This document shows positions 56,436 to 64,000 of a DNA stretch of 64,000 nt, piece by piece (the stretch's first letter is position 1; every line of letters begins with the position of its first letter). Origin of the DNA: Octopus sinensis. Lineage: Eukaryota. Below the pieces are notes generated by a model. It was not told the origin of the DNA. It made no database searches and saw nothing but the letters and a program-made list of their open reading frames with translations. Location of the stretch: assembly GCF_006345805.1 (NCBI RefSeq), contig NC_043003.1, positions 41,850,001 through 41,914,000 on the forward strand, written 5' to 3'. Both the position numbers and the translations under genes were made by a program.

Positions 56436-59400
56436 ACCTATCTATCTATCTATCTCTCTGATCTCCTTTAATCTCACCGTCAGAACATCACCCTTCTGCT
56501 AAAAGTATATTCCTAAAAATCCTCTATATCACTACCTTCAAGTAACTTTTAAGTCACATAATAAATATTTCGCTTCCCCTACCATATTCTCTCTCCCTTT
56601 TTTCTCTCTCTCCGTCTTTTTCTTTATCTCTCTTCCTGCCTCACTCTTTACCTTACCCTCTTTTTCTCTTTCCCTCATTTCTTTCTCTCTCTTTTTCTCC
56701 AATCACGTGAAAGCGTCGCCGACGGGCTAAGTAACGTAATGACAACGACAATTATTGTACGATATATATATATATATCGCGTATTTTAATAATGAATTGT
56801 TTTGACGGACAATATATGTCTCGGCGCTTCATGGGTTGTGTTATTTGTGTTGGTGGGCCGGAAGAGTATTTTGTCCATTGTAGTGTTTGTTTTAATATCC
56901 TGGACACTATTATTCTAATTTCAAAAGTACAAATATTAAACATATTTCTTGCGTTAGATTACACGGCATATTTATTTTTGTGTAGTTTGCGTTTTAAGAA
57001 CTAAATAGTAGATATAGTTTCTAGCGGGTTGGTTGTAACGGCTTACATATACGGCGTTTATGTCAGTTGCGATTATTTAAATATCCAGAAAAAGTAGTTG
57101 ATTTTAGCTGCATTCCATTGTGACCATTATTGTTGTTTATGTTATTAACTAGGAGGTTGAAATGATTAAGTTGTAAACAACGTGAGTCCACAGAATGAAG
57201 CAGTCATATAAGTAGTGTATTGAAATTTCTATTAGGTATGTATGACACCGAACGCTGTAATTTAGAATAGAATTTACATAGCGATTTCTTTGTATTTTCA
57301 GATACAAACTCGAATTTAACAATACAATGATTGCAGAACTTATAATGTCACTGATGTCTCCTTATTGCGCTTAACTGTTATAGATGAATGTGTGATAGCG
57401 TGTAATGAATTACAATATATAGTACAATCAACATAAATTGATCGCTTGTGAAACGATCAATCTTATTCTTTAAAAATAAAATGAATCTTACCATAGATAC
57501 CATAGGCAAATATTAATGCTTACCAACAATATAAAAAACGCTTCTGTGTATATCTTCTGATATACTGGCTGCTGAAATGGAAAATATAATCAAAAGAAAA
57601 GAAAAGAAAAGGTAGAGTTTTTTGAAAATATGTGTATGCATATGGATTGGTCAACAAAGTAGAAAATAAAGACAGCAATAACTTTTAAATATTTACAAGT
57701 CATAAAGATTGATTACTGAAAAGCTACCAACAGTGGGTATTTGCGAGAGTTAACATAAACTAAATTCTTAATCTGAAACACCGTGTCAAAGTGGAAAATT
57801 TCTATATAACATAATTTAGGAAATTGAAAGTATTCAGGAAATCCTATTTCCAGTAATTATTTATCTACTTCCGATTCACTAATAAAGTTAATGCGTCTAA
57901 TGACAATGTCTATACGATAGAATATGTTTTCTCATAAACATGACTTACAACTACAAAGAAAAAATACGCCCAGCTACGGTGCTTTATGGAACTTTACAAG
58001 AATGGAGTGTTATAAAAGCGAGTGTGCGTTTAGATAGAAGTGAAAACGCCTCTGAAAGAGGTAAATCAGTAGAATACTATGTGTCGATTAAACTACAGAT
58101 ACGTAACTGCCTGCGAATTTAAGAATTCCTGGAATGACGAAAATTCTAAACCTCCCAAGTAAATATATATGAAGGAAATTAGTTAACACTATGTATATGC
58201 TGACTTCAAAGCCTCTCAAGGTTGACTGTAAATGTATTTCAATATGTTCGGCTAACACGATTAATGCAGTGAACATGAAAGAATTTTTATCAATTAAGAT
58301 TCCAATGGTAATGAGGACTAATTTATTATTGTTAATGACGATTCTCGTCAAGAATGGCAAAATTAAAACACCGAAAATGCATTAAGATTGAAATGGAGAT
58401 ATGTAATGGGCAGTTAATTTGATTGATATGTGAGCTGACAATTCCAGTTGTTCCTGTATTATTAGAACTTATCAGAACAAGTCTAACACTTGCCTACTAG
58501 GCTTTATAATGTTATAGCTACTGCAGGATGTCTAATTAAATTGATGGCTTGAAATGGTGTTCATTCGTATACGTAACAATCAGGCAAAACGATCTTTAAA
58601 AGTTACTACGGCCATTTTCTATAAAGTCATGTTTTCGTACTAATATAAAAATGTTTATTATTATTTTTACTCATTATTTTAATACAAGTTAAGAAATAAT
58701 ATCTTAATTTCCTTACAGTCTTTTCATTCACTTAATTTTCTGTGAATTTTCTGTACTGAAATAAGGTATGGAAATTGAGATAGCAACTCACTCAAACTAT
58801 TAATACACGTAGATTTATATTTACATTTAGTTTCAGGATCTCTAGAAATTCTTTATATTATATTTATTTTGATGCATAAAATTACAGATTCTCGTACCAT
58901 TGATTCAGCAGTGAATATCAAATACAGCATATCAGAGGGACGTGTTTCATTATTTTAAAGATAAAGACTTACTTTGTTTCTGATCCACATTTAATGTTAT
59001 TGCTTGAGTAACTCTCGAACACATATAGTCAAAAGTCTTATAAGAGTATAGTTTCTGTATAAAGCAAGTTGAAGGCAGAACTGGGAAAGTTGATGGCAGA
59101 GCAAAAACAATTCGCGTGGCCATATATAGCTATATGCGTGTGTATGTGCGTGTGTGTGTGTGTGTGTATAGTTTATGTTGGTTTTTATCATTTCCATCGC
59201 CCAGAGACTAACTGATTTACTAAAGTAACAGCTTAGTACTGGAGTATATTCAACCCTTTGGTATTCAGATTACTCTGTCAAACATAATGCCTATTTGTTC
59301 AGCTAGACTAAAATTATCGTTCATTATCTCATAACTTTGACATTTTGATGATGTGATCGTAAATTTTTAGAGTGGCAATGTAGGATTATTATGAGCGGTG

Positions 59401-59863
59401 ATATCAGGCTCATATGAACATGTAAGAATATTTAGGCCAGATATGGTCGGCTTAAATCTCTCATCCCACAACAACATTATTGTGAGGATAATTGGGAAAG
59501 AAATATTAGCTTCGGGAACACGAAACAATAAACTTTGTTGTGATTTTCTAGGTGGCAATTAATGTGGTTAATGTTTAACATCATTAGGAAGTATTATCAT
59601 TGAAAGCACCTGTTCTGCTGCTACACGTAAAAACATCAACACAGACAAATATATAGGTGCTTACATAGGCTTCACTGTATCACTCTATCAACCAGACTAT
59701 ACACCGCAGGGTATACACCGCTGGTCACAATGCCCTTACCTGCAATGATTAAGTTTTTGAATGATGCCACCATGTTGACTACTTAGGTAAATCAACATTC
59801 CCTCTTGAGGAATTCCAGTCGATCACCGACAGATTTACCGATTTACACGCGCACACACACACA

Positions 59864-59909
<46 letters not shown>

Positions 59910-61390
59910 GTAGATGGACAATTTGCTGAAAAGACACTATGTCGACACTTTTAAAAAACAAAGTAAAAATTACGGAAAAAGTTTTATTAGACTTACAGAT
60001 AAAAACGATTTATCTATAAAAAAAGGTACTACGTACAATAGGTCGAAATATGAAAAAAACACAAAAAGTTTTCTTTGTCTTACAAATAGAAATAAAGGTA
60101 TCATATACTATTACGAGCACACGTCCTTAAAAATTCCAACCCACCTTCATCGTTGTAATTAAGAACAATGGTTTTAAGTCTTTCCTTAAGGCGAATGTAC
60201 CCTTTGCTTTTCCTTGCCTTTTCAGCCCCTGATAAGGCCTGTACTATTACCATTTCGGTATGACTGTTCTACCCTAAGCTTCTCAAATAATTTGGATAAG
60301 TTAGGGTAATGGACGTTAACTCTTCTACTGAAAGCGTGGTGCCACCCTTCAAGAGAGTTGTTGGTTTGGGGAAAATCAGTGGGGAACTCTGTTGTAGCAC
60401 GACCATAAAGAAATGTCGTGTAGTGATCGCCGACGTCTACCACGTTGCATGATTCCTACCCAAGTACACTTAAAATAAGACAAAAAATCCTCCCAAATTC
60501 CATCAGTTTGAGTACTTAAAGAATGAAGGAATTGCTCAAAGTAGCTACATCATTAAGTGGTACGAAAGCTAACGCTTGCACCTGTTTTATAAATTCATTT
60601 TCTCCTTCGATATACACGTTTGTAAAACTGTAGCCTGTATCTTGCACCATAAGCACTGTCCGAAGTGGAATGTTTTTTAATGCTGTTTATAGCTGCTTTA
60701 TCAAAGTCAACTGTAATTGATTTCACACTCAAATTCCTTTCTTCTTTAATAAATTTAAATACCAAATCATAATTTGTTTCAGATTTACTGTTTGTTATGC
60801 AATAAATTAGAGGTATAATTATTGCTTTCACAAATTAGTGGATGGATTGTTTATAACTGCTTACCTAAAGGAGCGCAGTCAAAAGTTCCGCCACAGAAGC
60901 ACTCGCTTTTCTTGGATAAAATTTCTAAGCTTTTCACAGTACCAAATATAGAAACTGCACCACTTCTATATAGTAAATAATTATCATCTCTTGGCGTTTT
61001 ACACAATTCATCCTCATTAATAACTGGTCTTTTCCGTCGCACTGTACTTTTAAGAGATTCCATTTCCGGTAAACATCCAGCAACGTTCAAGGGGACATCG
61101 GAAGCTACGGTTTCAACTATAGAGCTCGGCAATTGTTCAGTTCGTCCACCAAGAAGCTTTGTTTCTTCCTTAACTTTTTCAATCGGCGTAGGTGGATGTA
61201 CGTGCTTAGGATTTGTTCTAATTTCATCAGTCATTGTCAGTTTAGCACTCCAATGAACCTTTTCTTTTCTGGTTCTATCAATAATATAGGCGTACTCTGT
61301 GTATAGACGCTTTTTGCATCTCGTTCCGTTTTGATGAATTCCATAATCGATACTTCCACATGTCGACAATCGGTGAATTGTCTATCGACA
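59910..61390 (-). mobile_element. Decayed Mutator-like (FLYWCH-MULE) transposon
   Basis: Minus-strand fragments occur in the expected order: MEFIKTER..YAYIIDR..KVHW (FLYWCH-like), GGTF (DGTF equivalent), PLIYC..TVDFDKAAINSIKK and QTNNSLEGWHH. Weak inverted termini GATGGACAATTTGCTGA and TCGGTGAATTGTCTATC. Confidence 0.8.
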
Positions 61391-61399
61391 CGCACACAC

Positions 61400-61436
<37 letters not shown>

Positions 61437-61480
61437 CACCCCCCCACACACACACTCACACACATACCCCCCACACACAA

Positions 61481-61511
<31 letters not shown>

Positions 61512-61555
61512 AATATATATATGTATGAATGTATATATGTGTGTGTGTGTTATTC

Positions 61556-61695
61556 TGTCTGGGGAGAGTCATTCTCTATTGAAATGGTAACAATACGCAA
61601 CGAAAATTTTAGAAAAGGTAAATAATTGAGTGGCAATCGAACCGGTGAATGTGTTAAGTAATAAGGCACTAAAAGAGAATGACTCTCCCCAGACA
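61556..61695. mobile_element. 140-bp MITE with perfect 22-bp TIRs
   Basis: TGTCTGGGGAGAGTCATTCTCT (61556-61577) and AGAGAATGACTCTCCCCAGACA (61674-61695). Confidence 0.8.
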
Positions 61696-62199
61696 CCAAA
61701 AAAGAATCTTGCAAACCAATCCCAATAACGAAATATATATATTTATACAGCATACTGCTGAATTCAAATTCAGAATTTTTCAGGATAAGTTTCTTTTGAT
61801 GAATGGGAAAATACCAACCTCTACAGATTGACGAGATGTACCGCAGACTATAGGACCGTATCCATTCATCCTCATGACTTTACAGTCAAAAGAGACGTAA
61901 CTATAATTCACCCCCATTTTTCTTTGTTCTTTGTTCTCTTTCGTTTTCCGGTCTTTCAAATTTCTACGTATTACATTTACTTTCTTCTTGCCTTTTCTTG
62001 AATTGCCTATTATTCAATTGTTCGTTTTAGATTGTCATGACATGTGGGTAGAGCCTCAGGATTGTCTGAATGCACCGGGTGAGTTAAAAAATCATATCTG
62101 AATTGCTTTCATCGCTTGAAAGTATTAGTATCTCATATAGATATACACTGTTTTTATTAAATAATAATACGCACACACACACACATATATATATATTCT

Positions 62200-62420
62200 T
62201 TTATTGTTTTACACGTTTCAGTAATTTGACTGCAGTCATGCAGGAGCAGTGCCCTAAAGAGTTTTGTCGAAATTTACGACCCCATGACTAATTTTGTGTA
62301 AGCCTAGTACTTTAGTCAGCCCGAGGCTATAATAAAAACACTTCCCTAAGGTGCTAGCCAGTAAACCTGAACCCGGAACCATAGGTTAGTAAACAAGCTT
62401 CTTACCACACAGCCACGTCT
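62200..62420 (-). mobile_element. SINE family A with internal deletion
   Basis: Reverse-complement head (CAAGCTTCTTACCACACAGCCAC) and tail are present; the central microsatellite segment is missing. Confidence 0.75.
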
Positions 62421-62777
62421 GGACACACACATATACACACACACACATACGCACCACACACACACAGACACTCACGCACACACACGCACACACACACCAA
62501 CACACGCACACACACACACTTCATGTATGCTTCATGTATGTATATTGTGTGAATGCATTTCAGCTGTGATATTTCGTTCAAGTAAGATTACTTTAGAGAC
62601 GTGGGTTGTTTAAAAGTTACAGTATACTTCAAAGCATGGGGAAATGAATCACCATAGAAGTAGTGAAAGAGTTTGGCAGACATCAATATTTCGTTGTTTC
62701 TTCGTCATTCATCTGAGCCTCCTTGAAGAAAATACCGCAGTTGAAATACTTTTAAACAGCATACATATTACGTATGA

Positions 62778-62954
62778 TATCGAGGTGACCGGTAATAAGG
62801 TCACCGGAAAAATGTCAGTAATAAAGTCACAATTAATTTATGGGATCCGGGCAATCCCCCCAGCCCGAGGACAAAACCCCCTCGGACGTAACCATTGTGA
62901 CTTTATTACCGTGACTTTTTTTTTTACCTGTGACTGTTTTACTTGGACTCGATA
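62778..62954. mobile_element. Small foldback/MITE with reiterated GGTAATAAAGTCAC-type motifs
   Basis: Terminal TATCGAG/CTCGATA and a perfect 16-bp inner inverted repeat at 62818-62833/62894-62909. A related motif occurs near 2480-2505. Confidence 0.65.
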
Positions 62955-62998
62955 ACAATATTACACACACACATACACCACACACACATACACACATA

Positions 62999-63048
<50 letters not shown>

Positions 63049-63458
63049 GTACATATATGTGTGTGTGTGCATGTATATATATATATGTGTGTGTGTATGT
63101 ATATTTATATATATATATATATATGTATATATATGCACATATTTATATGTATATATACGTATGTATATTTGTACGTATGTATGTATGTGTGTGTTAAGTG
63201 AACAGTCTACCAGATGCTTTGATCATGAGGATTCAGTTGTTCGATTAATTAAAATACGTATTCATTGAAATGGCATGTAAGTATACATGAGGTATGTTTA
63301 GCCTTAATGCAATCTCCAGCTGATGGAAGTATGACTGTGCGACACAGTGATTGACGAGGTCGCTTTTTCAATTACACACTAAGAGAATTTCGATGGGCTT
63401 CCATACAGTTTCCGACTACCAAATTTTACTGACAATATACTTGTAAACGCAATGCTCC

Positions 63459-63670
63459 GAGCTGGCTCAGTCGTTTGCACGCCGGGCATAATAATTCCTG
63501 GCACTTTGCCCGTCTATAGGTTCTGAGTTCTAATTCCGTTGAGATCGAGCTTGTCTTTCATCATTTCTGGGTTGATAAAATAAGTACCAGTTGTAAACTC
63601 GAGTCGATGTAGTCGTCTTACACCCTCCCTCGAAATTGCTGTACATGTGCCAAATTATGAAACCAATATA
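63459..63670 (+). mobile_element. SINE family B (diverged)
   Basis: GGTTCTGAGTTCTAATTCC..TTGATAAAATAAGTACCAG..GAGTCGATGTAGTCG, colinear with 14084-14290. Confidence 0.7.
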
Positions 63671-63836
63671 TTAATAAACTCTTCGTCGAGTACAATTATG
63701 AAACAAACCGGTTTAGAGACGAATTCCTAAATCACACAGCCCTGCATGCGCTCTTGTGCCCAATGCAGGGACTAGTCAGTAGTACACGGTTGGTAAAACA
63801 GGAAAATATATCCTGGCATGGCAACGGACACATTTT

Positions 63837-63867
63837 GGCGCAGGCGTAGCTGTATGGTAAGAAGCTT
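63837..63867 (+). mobile_element. SINE family A head only, abutting (TA)n
   Basis: GGCGCAGGCGTAGCTGTATGGTAAGAAGCTT followed directly by TA repeats. Confidence 0.6.
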
Positions 63868-63892
63868 ACATATATATACATATATATACAGT

Positions 63893-63937
<45 letters not shown>

Positions 63938-64000
63938 GTATATATTTCTGTGTCTGTGTCCCCTCCTCCTTATCCTGGTGTGTTTCTGTCCCCGTAAATT

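Noticed and set aside
56850-58400. AT-rich stretch suspected to be a decayed Helitron helicase
   Set aside because: No helicase motif could be read convincingly.

Overview
This is a eukaryotic, AT-rich, microsatellite-saturated window in which I could not support any host-gene exon, rRNA, tRNA gene or CRISPR array. Nearly all ORFs in the supplied track are translations of (TA)n, (CA)n, (TACA)n, (TCTA)n or trinucleotide repeats. The repeat content resembles an octopus or other coleoid cephalopod genome; this is an inference, not a database result. The window is a transposon graveyard: three tRNA-derived SINE families, four mariner remnants, a FLYWCH-MULE remnant, a non-autonomous Helitron, MITEs, a 422-bp foldback and decayed Penelope/LINE fragments. 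The best finding is a 2.07-kb element (9054-11121) that encodes only a zinc-knuckle ORF1-like protein with no reverse transcriptase. It is inserted with a 15-bp target-site duplication into the tRNA-derived head of a SINE. Other leads are a 95-nt pre-miRNA-like hairpin (41380-41474), several hammerhead-ribozyme-like motifs, a SINE family carrying an internal microsatellite, and a near-identical 1276-bp tandem duplication. All alignments and family assignments were made by eye; boundaries of decayed elements are approximate.
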